Of a stretch of DNA of 57,109 bases, positions 9,410 to 18,902 are shown in pieces. The first letter of the stretch is position 1. Every line of letters begins with the position of its first letter. The DNA is from a virus (Duplodnaviria > Caudoviricetes): the IMG/VR virus record IMGVR_UViG_3300034130_000016, positions 1 through 57,109 of that record; one strand, 5' to 3'. The translations under genes were made by a program, and so were the position numbers. Below the pieces are notes generated by a model. That model worked only from the letters and a program-made list of their open reading frames with translations. It had not been told where the DNA came from and ran no database searches.

Positions 9410-10293
9410 CGGCGCGAGCGCTGGTCACCGGATCGTCGGGGTTCGTCGGTCGGCACATGGCCGCCGAGCTGGCCCGGCGCGGCTGGGACGTGGCGGGGGT
9501 CGACATCGCTGAAGGGTTCGACGCCCTGGAGCATTTCCGGTTCGACACCCGCTGGGACCTGGTGGTGCACGCCGCCGCCTCAGCGCCACACAGGGCCGCC
9601 ATCGACACCGAGCCGCAGCACATGGCCAGGAACCTTCAGTTGGACGCCGCCATGTTCGACTGGGCCGTCCGCACCGGTCAGGGCCGCGTGCTGTACCTGT
9701 CCTCCTCGGCCGCCTACCCGATCGAATACCAGCGCGACAACGGTTACGCCGAGCCGCTGTACGAGGACATGACGGACCTGACCGACGCCCAGGAACCCGA
9801 CTCGGTGTACGGGTGGACGAAGCTGACCGGCGAGCGCATGGCCGCCGAGGCGCGTAAGGCTGGCCTGCGCGTCACCGTGGTCCGGCCGTTCTCCGGCTAC
9901 GGGGAGGACCAGAGCGAGGACTTCCCGTTCCGGGCACTGATCGAGCGGGCACGCCGCCGGGAGGATCCGTTCGTGATCTGGGGCAACGGGGATCAGGTGC
10001 GCGACTGGATCCACATCGACGACGTGATCGGTGGCGCGCTCGCCGTCGTGGAGTCCGGATCTGCTGGCCCGGTCAACCTGTGTACGGGGGTCGGCTTCTC
10101 GGTGGCGGAGCTGGCGTATATCGCCTGCGATCAGGTCGGGCACAAGCCGCGCTTCGAGTATTTGGCGGACAAGCCCGCCGGGGTCGCGTACCGGGTGGGC
10201 AATCCGGCCGTGCTGCACAACTTCTACCGGCCACGGATCAGCCTGCCCGAGGGGGTCGCGCGGGCACTGCAAGATCAAAAACAACCGCTATGA
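9406..10293 (+). CDS. NAD-dependent nucleotide-sugar epimerase/dehydratase
   Basis: VTGSSGFVG (GxxGxxG), LSSSAAY, YGWTK (YxxxK), RDWIHIDD. Confidence 0.92.
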   Translation: MTARALVTGSSGFVGRHMAAELARRGWDVAGVDIAEGFDALEHFRFDTRWDLVVHAAASAPHRAAIDTEPQHMARNLQLDAAMFDWAVRTGQGRVLYLSSSAAYPIEYQRDNGYAEPLYEDMTDLTDAQEPDSVYGWTKLTGERMAAEARKAGLRVTVVRPFSGYGEDQSEDFPFRALIERARRREDPFVIWGNGDQVRDWIHIDDVIGGALAVVESGSAGPVNLCTGVGFSVAELAYIACDQVGHKPRFEYLADKPAGVAYRVGNPAVLHNFYRPRISLPEGVARALQDQKQPL

Positions 10294-10297
10294 TCGC
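10284..10297 (+). promoter_or_regulatory. putative late promoter -10 region
   Basis: ACCGCTATGATCGC, identical to 21809-21822; TATGAT lies 6 nt before ATG 10301. Confidence 0.55.
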
Positions 10298-10300
10298 GGC

Positions 10301-13300
10301 ATGACGACGCTCGGGATGCTGCTCACCGGCCGGGCCAACGGCAAGACCGCTGCGCAGCCTCTCGACATCAACCACCTGGCCGCCACCGTCGGCATCGCCC
10401 AGCGAGACCACATGATCGCCTCCGGCCAGCCCGGGGTGAAGCCGCTCGGAGATCTGCGAACCATCGTCGCCGCGCTCGCCGCATGGATCAACCAGGACGA
10501 CGACGCCCACGAGACCTGCTCCCTGACCGCCTGCCGCACCCCGCTGCACCCCGGCCCCTGCAAGGGCTGGAAGCACACCCTGCACAGCGTCTCCCCGCAC
10601 ATCTGGAAGCAGCTCGAAGACGAGCGGGTCAAGAAGGCCAACGAGCGGCGCGTCAAGCGCATCGCCGACCTCCGCTCGCAGAACAAGCCCATCCCCCGGC
10701 GCCTGCTCACCGAGATCAAGCCCAAGCCAGCCCCCACCGGCCAGCACCCGGCCAACAACGTCAAGGCCGTCCCCCTGGGGCAGGTCAACCAGAAAGCCGA
10801 CCTCGCCGGAGGTCAGGCCCACGCCGCCGGGCAGGCCGTCTCCAACGCCGCCCACGTGCAGGTCAAGACCGCCCCGCCCCTGCCCCTCGGCCCGAAGCAG
10901 AAGAAGCCCACCGTCGCCGGACGCGGACCCGCGTTCGTCATCACCCAGCCCAAGGTCACCGACACCTACAAGCTGGGTAAGGCTGACCAGATCACCCCGC
11001 AGCAATGGGCCGGTCTCACCGATGCCGACAAGGCGACCATCCGCAACGAGCTGACCGCCATCAAGGCGCGCGGGTTCGGCCCGCAGCAGAAGAAGGCCGA
11101 TGAGCTGCTGCTGAAGCTGCACTCAGGCAACAACCCCGGCACCGCCCCGGCGCTGACCCCCGGCACCCCGGGCACGGTGACCACCCCCGGCGGGCACACC
11201 TACCAAAAGGTCAGCCTCACCCCGGGAAAGGTCTCCCTCGGCCAGGCCGTCAAGACGCCGCCCTCGACCGCCCAGGCGGTCACCCACGCCCGCAGCCTCG
11301 ACCAGGCGCACGCCGCCCTGCGCATCACCGAGGCGATCTTCGGCAAGCAGAACACGGACGTCACCAAGCTGGCCGACGCCTTCAGCCAGATGAAGGCCAG
11401 CGGGACCGACATCACCCAGGACCCCAAGTTCCGGATCCTGGTGGACCGGCTGGCGAACGCCGCCCTGAAACTGGCCAGCGCCGACAACATGCCCGGCCTC
11501 GGGCATGGGACGAACGACGTCGGGATCACTGAGTTCAACCATGAGATCCGCGACCACCTGGCGGGCGCTAAGCCCGGCCTTCCGCCGCTGATCAAGCGGA
11601 TGCAGGACCACCACGACAATGCCGTGCTTGGTCCCGCCGTCCCGGCCGCACCCAGCCTGCCTCGCGGTACGCCCGACCTGCTCGACAACGTGCGCAAGGC
11701 GCAGGACCCCTCGGCGAAGCTCAGCCTCGCCGCCCGGACCTACGTCTACCGCAAGCTGTCCAAGGCGCAGTTCGACAGCCTCGACGACGGCACGAAGAAG
11801 AAGGTCCTCGACGACCTGGACGAGCAGATCGCCAAGGGCACCGGCCCCGGCAAGCTCGCCCAGGATCTGAAGGACACGTTCAAGCCGGGCGCGTCCGGGA
11901 CGCCCGCCCCCTCCACCCCGGCGGCCCCGGCCTCGTCGCCGGGCACCCCCTCCACCCCGAACGTCCTGTCGCCGGACGCCCAGCAGGCCCGCGCCGTGGC
12001 TGGCCGCGCCGTGCCCAAGGCGCACATGGCGAAGACCCAGACGGACGCCTACGGCAAACTGTCGAAGGCGGACTTCGATCAGCTCGACTCGACGACGCAG
12101 CGCAAGATCCGCGACGACCTGGCCAATGCGAAGGCGAAGTTCCTCGACCCGAAGAAGCAGCAGGCCGCGCAGCATCTCCTGGATCGTTTTGGATCAACTC
12201 ACACGACTCCGGCGCCGAACGCCCCGGCCGCGCCCGCTGTCGGCACGGGCTACAACGACCCGCAGACCCAGGCCGTCAAGGCAGCCTCGTCCGGCCTGAT
12301 CGACAACGACGAGGTGATCAAGACCGTCGCCCGCCTCAGCCCCGGGCAGGTCAAGAGCCTCTCCGAGGAGGACCGCAAGAAGATCATCGGACGCCTCGCG
12401 TTCGTCGCCACCCATCCGAAGGCCGCCCCGGAGCAGAAGGCCAAGGCCGCCGCCTACAAGCGGATCATCGAGGACGGCTCCCCCGCAGCGGGCGGCAAGT
12501 GGGACCACGCCCCGTCGATCGGCGAGCTGCACGCGGAGGAGAAGAAGACCGGCGCCACGGCCGCCATGGACGCCCTGAAGGCCGCCGAGACGAAGTCGGG
12601 CGCTCTCGGGATGAGCCGCGACGACCGGCTCAAGGCCCTGGGCGCCCTCTCGAAGGCGCAGTTCGACGCCCTCACGCCCGAGCAGCAGCGGAAGATCACC
12701 GACGCCCTGAACGAGCTGCACACCTCGAACAAGAACGTCAACGGCAGCACCGTCCTGGATCCCGCCGCCGGGGACGCGCTGACCAAGTACACCGGCCTGC
12801 ACCCCGGCGTCGCCCGGATGCAGCAGGCCGAGGCTGACTTCCGCGCCGGGAAGATCGACGCGAACAAGCTCTGGGAAGAGATGCTGCACGCCCGGCTCCA
12901 GTCGCCCGGCGCGTACGGCAGCCAGACGTCGCCCGCCGCGCTGCTGGCCAAGGAGAGTCAGCGGATCGCCGAGGACAACCCGAAGCTGCCCCTCTGGCTG
13001 CGCGCCACCATGATCGATAACCCGTACGGCGCCCCCGGCGGCCTGTACCACTCGATCAGCGAAGCCTCGAACAAGTACAACTGGGAAGACGCACCCCGGC
13101 TCTCCTCCTCGGACATCTCCGACCTGTTCTCGGCCAACCTGGACCACCTGGCGGGCGCCCACCCGATCCACGCCGAAGCCGTCAAGGCGCTACGCGAGCA
13201 CGTCATCCTCACCGGCCTGCGCGGCCAGCCCGGCGTGCCCTCGGGGAGCCCCTGGTCCTCGGCCACCCGCAACCATGTCGTCGACAACTTGCTGCACATC

Positions 13301-15943
13301 TCCAGCACCGGCGACCATGACGTACCCGCCGAGCGGCTCCGCGAATTCCACACGCTGTCCCCGACCGCCCAGTCCCGGGTGAAGGCGGTTCTCCGGGAAC
13401 GCCTCGCCAACCAGACCAACTCGTACGCGAAGACCGGCACCTACATCACGTTGCGGGACATCGACGGCGACCCGAAGCTTTCCGACGACGCCGAAGCCGC
13501 CCTGCGTGCCGCCGCCGACAGCTACGCCAACCCGAACAACCTGGACATCTACCGCAAGCTGGATCCGGCTGACTACAACAGGTTGCCTGACTACGTGCGC
13601 GGCTCCATCAACACGCACCTGATGCAGCTCCAGAACCGCGCGGAAGCCAGGCCCCCGGTCCCCTGGACGCCGCAGGACAACCCGTTCAAGGTGATGCCCC
13701 TGTCCCTGGTGGCGCACCTGTCCGGTACCCGCAACGCCTACCACGATCGGGCCACCCGCAACGCCGCCGACATCGCCCAGTACGGCACGAAGATCATCGA
13801 CCCGTCCTCGCGAACCGAGGCGTACCGGTCGCTGGGCTCATTCCAGACCTTCTCGACGCTCACGCCGTTCGAGCGGTCCAAGGTCACCGACGACCTGGAC
13901 AAGATCGAAAACGATTCGTCGTTGACGCTCAGCCAGCGCTACGACGCCGCCTTCACCAAGGACTTCGCCATCGGCGAACCCAAGGTGACCGCCTCGAAGT
14001 TCGACGCGAACCAGATGATGGCCATCGGCTCAGTCAGCCCGAGCCGCACCGTGGCCGATCACGTCGCCGCCTCCAACCTCAACAACCTGCCCAAGTCCGA
14101 GTACGACTCGCTGCCCCCGGCATTCCGCGACGCCATCGACGAGCGGATCAAGTCGCTGCCCGGCACCGACCAGCAGGTGCTCAACGCCAAGTTCCACCCG
14201 AACGCACCGCAGACCGCCACCCCGGCCGGAGTCACCCCGACGACCGTGCAGACGGGCGTGCCGCCGCACGTGCAGGCCGCCCTGGACACCATCTACGGCG
14301 TACACCCCAAGTCGCACACCATGGCGCACCAGCTCTCCACCTACGGGGCGCTGCGCGGCGGAGACTTCAACAACCTGAACAGCCAGGAACAGGGCCACCT
14401 CCTCGGCGACCTGTCGTTCATCCAGACCACCGCCAAGGGGCCGTCCGCCGCCAAGGCGAAGCTGCTGATCGACCGGTTCACCCCGCCCGGAACCCCGTCC
14501 GGCCACGTCCCGACCGGCGCGATCATCCCCCCGGCCAACGCGGTTGCCGGTCAGGTCCGCTACGCCACCCCGCTCAAGGGCCTGGCGAAGGCGAAGGACT
14601 CCGGCAAGTCCGGCGACGGCTGGATGTCGCTTCCCGGCGGCGGGCGGGTCTGGGGCCACCACGGCGCGGCTGGTCTGCTGCTCCAGCACACCGACTCCCA
14701 GACCGGCGAGAAGCGCTACCTGATGGTGCAGCGCGGTCCGGCCATCTCCGACCCCGGAAAGTGGACGTTCCCCGGCGGCGCCTCCGACTCGAAGGAGACC
14801 CCGCACGAGGGTGCGACCCGCGAGACGATCGAGGAGCTGGGTCTCAAGGACGACGTGTTCAAGGACGCCCTGGTCCACGGCGACCACACGTTCACGGTGC
14901 CGAACAGCTCGTGGAAGTACACGACGGTGGCCGCGTCCGTCCCGACGATGATCAAGCCGAACCTGACCACCGCCCACGCCCGCGCCGAGACCTCCGACGC
15001 GAAGTGGATGACCCTCGACGAGATCCGGGCACTCGACAAGGCGGGCAGCCTGCACCACCCCATTGCGGGCGGCAAGCTGGAGCAGAACGTCATCAGCCTG
15101 TACCCGACCGGCGGTACCGGCGTCACGTTGGGGCAGGTCGCCCGGCCCGGACCGGTCACCAAGCGGCTGGGGCGCCTGAACATGCCGTCCGGTGGCCGCC
15201 AGGCGCCCGCCAACTTCAACGCCTGGCCGCACCCCCACAAGCAGTCGAAGGGCAAGAACCTGGTGTCGGACAAGACGGCCATCGACTCGATGCGGCAGCA
15301 GGTCAAGCAGGACCGCAAGCTCTACGACGGCAAGACCGCTGACGGTCGCCTGGCTGCCATCGGCGCCATGCAGGGCTTCGACGACACCCCGACCGTGGAG
15401 AGCAAGGCCGAGATCGACCGGCTCCTGGCGACCGGCGACTACATCGAGGCGTGGCGTGGCGTCACCGGCGCCGGTGGCGGCTGGTCGGCACGTAGCCGGG
15501 GCGGCTCCGGCGGCAAGACGGCTGCGGACATCAACGAGGAGATGCGAACCGGCCCCGCCTACTACGGCAAGGGGATCTTCGGGAACGGCTACTACCTGGC
15601 GACCAGCAAGCGGGTTGCCGAGCAGTATTCGGACCACTCCAAGGGTTCGATCGTGCGCGTCCTCATCCCGAAGAGCGCCGTCATGGAGAAGTACGACAAG
15701 GTAGAGCGGGAGGCGCAGGCCAACTCGTCGCGGATCTCGAAGGCCAAGGGCTCCAGCTACGAGGTCAGCACGTTCTGGGATCCGGGCCGCTGGGGGGCGG
15801 CCAGGGGCCTGGACGGTATCGAGATCAACCCGCATCACCGCGCCCACGGCGGCGGCGGCGCGGGGCACGTCGCATCCCACGGAAAGCCCGCCTTCAACTG
15901 GCTGAACCGGTCCGTACTGATCGTCCAAAAGGAGCCCGGATGA
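10301..15943 (+). CDS. giant (1880 aa) repeat protein with Nudix hydrolase and C-terminal ADP-ribosyltransferase-like domain
   Basis: Nudix box GGASDSKETPHEGATRETIEELG with MutT3-like DGW..G.RVWG..GAAGLLL; terminal WRG...GKGIFGNGYYLATSKRVAEQY...LDGI; about 10 helical repeats. Confidence 0.85.
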   Translation: MTTLGMLLTGRANGKTAAQPLDINHLAATVGIAQRDHMIASGQPGVKPLGDLRTIVAALAAWINQDDDAHETCSLTACRTPLHPGPCKGWKHTLHSVSPHIWKQLEDERVKKANERRVKRIADLRSQNKPIPRRLLTEIKPKPAPTGQHPANNVKAVPLGQVNQKADLAGGQAHAAGQAVSNAAHVQVKTAPPLPLGPKQKKPTVAGRGPAFVITQPKVTDTYKLGKADQITPQQWAGLTDADKATIRNELTAIKARGFGPQQKKADELLLKLHSGNNPGTAPALTPGTPGTVTTPGGHTYQKVSLTPGKVSLGQAVKTPPSTAQAVTHARSLDQAHAALRITEAIFGKQNTDVTKLADAFSQMKASGTDITQDPKFRILVDRLANAALKLASADNMPGLGHGTNDVGITEFNHEIRDHLAGAKPGLPPLIKRMQDHHDNAVLGPAVPAAPSLPRGTPDLLDNVRKAQDPSAKLSLAARTYVYRKLSKAQFDSLDDGTKKKVLDDLDEQIAKGTGPGKLAQDLKDTFKPGASGTPAPSTPAAPASSPGTPSTPNVLSPDAQQARAVAGRAVPKAHMAKTQTDAYGKLSKADFDQLDSTTQRKIRDDLANAKAKFLDPKKQQAAQHLLDRFGSTHTTPAPNAPAAPAVGTGYNDPQTQAVKAASSGLIDNDEVIKTVARLSPGQVKSLSEEDRKKIIGRLAFVATHPKAAPEQKAKAAAYKRIIEDGSPAAGGKWDHAPSIGELHAEEKKTGATAAMDALKAAETKSGALGMSRDDRLKALGALSKAQFDALTPEQQRKITDALNELHTSNKNVNGSTVLDPAAGDALTKYTGLHPGVARMQQAEADFRAGKIDANKLWEEMLHARLQSPGAYGSQTSPAALLAKESQRIAEDNPKLPLWLRATMIDNPYGAPGGLYHSISEASNKYNWEDAPRLSSSDISDLFSANLDHLAGAHPIHAEAVKALREHVILTGLRGQPGVPSGSPWSSATRNHVVDNLLHISSTGDHDVPAERLREFHTLSPTAQSRVKAVLRERLANQTNSYAKTGTYITLRDIDGDPKLSDDAEAALRAAADSYANPNNLDIYRKLDPADYNRLPDYVRGSINTHLMQLQNRAEARPPVPWTPQDNPFKVMPLSLVAHLSGTRNAYHDRATRNAADIAQYGTKIIDPSSRTEAYRSLGSFQTFSTLTPFERSKVTDDLDKIENDSSLTLSQRYDAAFTKDFAIGEPKVTASKFDANQMMAIGSVSPSRTVADHVAASNLNNLPKSEYDSLPPAFRDAIDERIKSLPGTDQQVLNAKFHPNAPQTATPAGVTPTTVQTGVPPHVQAALDTIYGVHPKSHTMAHQLSTYGALRGGDFNNLNSQEQGHLLGDLSFIQTTAKGPSAAKAKLLIDRFTPPGTPSGHVPTGAIIPPANAVAGQVRYATPLKGLAKAKDSGKSGDGWMSLPGGGRVWGHHGAAGLLLQHTDSQTGEKRYLMVQRGPAISDPGKWTFPGGASDSKETPHEGATRETIEELGLKDDVFKDALVHGDHTFTVPNSSWKYTTVAASVPTMIKPNLTTAHARAETSDAKWMTLDEIRALDKAGSLHHPIAGGKLEQNVISLYPTGGTGVTLGQVARPGPVTKRLGRLNMPSGGRQAPANFNAWPHPHKQSKGKNLVSDKTAIDSMRQQVKQDRKLYDGKTADGRLAAIGAMQGFDDTPTVESKAEIDRLLATGDYIEAWRGVTGAGGGWSARSRGGSGGKTAADINEEMRTGPAYYGKGIFGNGYYLATSKRVAEQYSDHSKGSIVRVLIPKSAVMEKYDKVEREAQANSSRISKAKGSSYEVSTFWDPGRWGAARGLDGIEINPHHRAHGGGGAGHVASHGKPAFNWLNRSVLIVQKEPG

Positions 15944-16173
15944 GCCAGGTAGGCCAGTTGTTCAACCGCCTCAGCGAGGCTCTGGGGAGCACCGACGTGC
16001 ACCCTGATGAGCGGCGCCAGATCATCGACGCCTGGCAGTCGGCGGGCGGCGAGGAATCCGCGACCTGGGAGAAGCTCCCCCTGGGTGTCCAGCACCTCGT
16101 CGGCGAGATCGAGAAACGGGATCCGCAGTCCTGGGCCGACGCCGCCGACCTGCCTGAACAGCAGGGTGTTTGA
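15940..16173 (+). CDS. small acidic protein coupled to the giant gene (candidate immunity protein or partner)
   Basis: ATGA overlap, AAGGAG RBS, 77 aa. Confidence 0.7.
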   Translation: MSQVGQLFNRLSEALGSTDVHPDERRQIIDAWQSAGGEESATWEKLPLGVQHLVGEIEKRDPQSWADAADLPEQQGV

Positions 16174-16211
16174 CATGAGCTGTAGCGTGTTGGCCGACAA
16201 GGGAGGTCACC

Positions 16212-16328
16212 ATGTTCCGCAAGCTCGCACGCGCCATCGGCCTGGCCGCCGACCTGGCTCCCGGCGCCCTGCTGGTCAGCGCCGGACTGGCGCTGGTCGT
16301 CGGCGGGAGCACCGGAGTGCTCTGGTAG
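16212..16328 (+). CDS. small hydrophobic protein (38 aa)
   Basis: GGGAGG RBS; MFRKLARAIGLAADLAPGALLVSAGLALVVGG. Confidence 0.5.
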   Translation: MFRKLARAIGLAADLAPGALLVSAGLALVVGGSTGVLW

Positions 16329-16378
16329 CGAAAGCGGCCGACGGCCGTAGCATGTTGGCATCGGGAGAGGGGTAACGC

Positions 16379-18391
16379 ATGGGGACCGCCTGGCAGATGC
16401 CAATCGCCGTCATCGGTAAGCCGACCGGCGACGGCCGTCAGTTCGACGCTGGGGCTCTGACGCACCGCACCCTGCCGTTGCCCCTGCGGTACGTCGCCAC
16501 GGACTCCGGCGGGCACAACAATGCCGTGATCGTCGGGCACATCTCGAAGATCGGCAAGGAGAAAGACGGCCTGCTCCCCGCGAAGGGCGAGTTTTACGAC
16601 GACGACTCGTGGCCGGAGGATGTGCGCGACGCCGCCACGGCCGCCCGGATGTTCACCAAGAACAAGGTGATCGGCCCGTCCGTCGACCTCGACCAGATGG
16701 AAGCCGAGCACGTCCCCGAGCCGAAGGCGTACGCCGCCTGGAAGAAGGAGCAGGCCGGGAAGCTGAAGGCCGCGAAGATGGCCCACGCGGGCAAGTCCGG
16801 CAGTGACTGCGGCTGCGGCGGCCCGGTCATGGCGGAGGAGGCGTTCGACGGTCCCCGCCTGCGGATGATCCGCTCCGGGCGTCTCGCCTCGGCCACGCTG
16901 GTGCATATCCCCGCGTTCGCCGAGCTGGCCGGGCACGCGAAGCTGACCCCGATCGACTCGTCCGACCCGAACGTGGACGGCACCACCTCCAGCGCGATGG
17001 TCGCGGGCGCCCTCATCGAGTTCGACTGGGCCGATGTGGAATGGCCCTCCATGATCGAAAACGATGGCGAGATGGCCTCGGGCAGCAGCGACGAGATGGA
17101 CGAGACCGTCATCCCCCGCCGCAAGACCAAGAAGCGGCCGAACGTGGACGGCTCCCAGGACACGCAGGAGATGGCCGACTCCGGGATCTGGCTCACCGAC
17201 GAGGAGTTCGAGGAATTCGCGCGCAAGAAGCTCCCGCGCCCCTCGAAGCAGAAGGCAGGCGATCCGGACTACCCCGGCGGCGACGCCGAGCAGGCGGGCG
17301 GCGCAGGCTGGGCGCTGGACCGCTCCAAGATCGACGCTGAGGACTTCGTGGACCCGAAGGGCCGCCGCTTCCCGATCACCGACTGCGCGAGCATCGGCGA
17401 TGCGGTCTCCTCGTACGGCCGCGCCGACCCGAAGATCCCGTACGCGCAGTTCAAGCAGCGGGTTACCGCTATCGCCAAGCGCAAGGGCTGCGAAGCCAGC
17501 CTGCCCGACAACTGGAAGGCCGGACAGAAGATGGCCGCGCTCATGGCCGGAGCCGCCCCGGTCGCCCCGCCGAAGGAATGGTTCGACAACCCGCAGCTCA
17601 GCGGCCCCACCCCGCTGCACATCGGCGACGACGGCCGCGTGTACGGCCACGTCGCCGCCTGGGGCACCTGCCACGTGGGTATCGGCGACTCGTGCACCAT
17701 CGCCCCGAAGACCCAGACCGGCTACGCCTACTTCCACACCGGCGAGGTGGTCACCGCCGACGGTAGTCGTGTGCCCGTAGGTCGTTTGACGTACGGCGGC
17801 GGCCACGCGGCGCCGAACCTCGGCTTCCGGGCTGCCGCCGAGCATTACGACCGGACCTCGAACATGGGTGCCTTCGTGCGCGCGGGCGAGGACGGGCACG
17901 GCATCTGGGTTGCGGGCGCCCTCGTCCCCGAGGCGGACGACGCGGCCGTCCGGACCATGCGGGCGACGCCGCTGTCCGGCGACTGGCGCCGGATCGGCGG
18001 CAACCTGGAGATGGTGGCCGCCCTGCACGTCAACACGGCAGGCTTCCCGATCCCGCGCATGATGGCTGCCTCCCTCGATGGCGGGGTGCTCGACGCGGCC
18101 GAAGAGGAGCAGGAGATCTTCAGCCTCGTCGCTGCTGGCGCTCTGCCCCGCGTCATCGACGACGAGGAGACGGAAACGGCCAGCGCGCCCGCCCTGGTGG
18201 CCGCTCTGGGCACCGAGGAGCTGGGCCGTGCCATCGCCCGGGGAATGCTCGCCGAGCAGCAGGAGGCGAAGGAGAAGGCCGCACGGGCGGACCGGTGGCG
18301 CGAGCTGCTGGCGGCGGCTACCGCCCCTGACCGGATCTCCGATTACGATGAGGTCATGAGCGGCCTCGCGGTCGCGCTCGCACAGGAGTGA
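16379..18391 (+). CDS. capsid maturation protease / head morphogenesis protein
   Basis: TGDGRQF...LPLPL...GH...VG and GRVYGHVAAWGTCH...LSGDWR blocks typical of this actinophage lineage; lies upstream of the capsid genes. Confidence 0.75.
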   Translation: MGTAWQMPIAVIGKPTGDGRQFDAGALTHRTLPLPLRYVATDSGGHNNAVIVGHISKIGKEKDGLLPAKGEFYDDDSWPEDVRDAATAARMFTKNKVIGPSVDLDQMEAEHVPEPKAYAAWKKEQAGKLKAAKMAHAGKSGSDCGCGGPVMAEEAFDGPRLRMIRSGRLASATLVHIPAFAELAGHAKLTPIDSSDPNVDGTTSSAMVAGALIEFDWADVEWPSMIENDGEMASGSSDEMDETVIPRRKTKKRPNVDGSQDTQEMADSGIWLTDEEFEEFARKKLPRPSKQKAGDPDYPGGDAEQAGGAGWALDRSKIDAEDFVDPKGRRFPITDCASIGDAVSSYGRADPKIPYAQFKQRVTAIAKRKGCEASLPDNWKAGQKMAALMAGAAPVAPPKEWFDNPQLSGPTPLHIGDDGRVYGHVAAWGTCHVGIGDSCTIAPKTQTGYAYFHTGEVVTADGSRVPVGRLTYGGGHAAPNLGFRAAAEHYDRTSNMGAFVRAGEDGHGIWVAGALVPEADDAAVRTMRATPLSGDWRRIGGNLEMVAALHVNTAGFPIPRMMAASLDGGVLDAAEEEQEIFSLVAAGALPRVIDDEETETASAPALVAALGTEELGRAIARGMLAEQQEAKEKAARADRWRELLAAATAPDRISDYDEVMSGLAVALAQE

Positions 18392-18408
18392 TGTAGGAGG
18401 AGGTCCAT

Positions 18409-18567
18409 ATGGGCTGCAACTGTGGTGGAGGCGGATCGGGCCTCGGTAACTACGTGGTCAAGGATGCCAACGGCAACGTGCTCAAGCAGTTCACGGCCGT
18501 CCGGGAGACCGAGGCTAAGGTGTTCGCGGCGAAGACGCCCGGCGCCACCTGGAACAAGACGTCCTGA
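18409..18567 (+). CDS. small MGCNCG protein (52 aa)
   Basis: AGGAGGAGG RBS; MGCxC-starting genes typically follow the protease in such phages. Confidence 0.75.
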   Translation: MGCNCGGGGSGLGNYVVKDANGNVLKQFTAVRETEAKVFAAKTPGATWNKTS

Positions 18568-18570
18568 GCA

Positions 18571-18620
18571 CACAGAGACGCCCCGCCCCCCTTCTTCCCC
18601 GGGGGCGGGGCGTCTCTGTG
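18571..18620. terminator. bidirectional terminator hairpin
   Basis: CACAGAGACGCCCCGCCCCC/GGGGGCGGGGCGTCTCTGTG between convergent genes. Confidence 0.8.
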
Positions 18621-18624
18621 TCGG

Positions 18625-18843
18625 TCAGCGGATGCTGCGCACGGTGACCACGTTGCCGTGCTCGTGCTTGCGGGGGTCGCAGATCCGGACGTGCAGGGCG
18701 GCGTATCCGTAGTCGGAGATCCGCTCGATTCTGCCCTTGCCGAACGCTGTCTTCACCTGGTCGCCGACCGAGACTGTGACGCGCTTGTTGCTGGCGTCGT
18801 AGGCGCGGGCGCTGGGCTTGCGGGTGACGGTGGCGGTCTGCAT
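18625..18843 (-). CDS. hypothetical protein (small beta-rich)
   Basis: AAGGAGG RBS, own promoter/operator. Confidence 0.7.
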   Translation of the reverse strand: MQTATVTRKPSARAYDASNKRVTVSVGDQVKTAFGKGRIERISDYGYAALHVRICDPRKHEHGNVVTVRSIR

Positions 18844-18863
18844 GGTGTCCTCCTTGGTTGGCG

Positions 18864-18884
18864 CTGTATGCCATCAGCATACAG
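18864..18884 (-). promoter_or_regulatory. 21-bp palindromic operator/-10 element (copy b, perfect arms)
   Basis: CTGTATGC-CATCA-GCATACAG within a longer inverted repeat. Confidence 0.7.
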
Positions 18885-18902
18885 CGCCAACCGGCCCCCC
18901 GT

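Noticed and set aside
10031-10300. N-terminal extension of the giant ORF to 1970 aa
   Set aside because: Overlaps the epimerase gene; ATG 10301 after a -10 box is the better start
14030-18028. Long minus-strand ORFs (632 and 668 aa)
   Set aside because: Shadows of the giant protein and protease genes; low-information Arg/Gly/Ala translations
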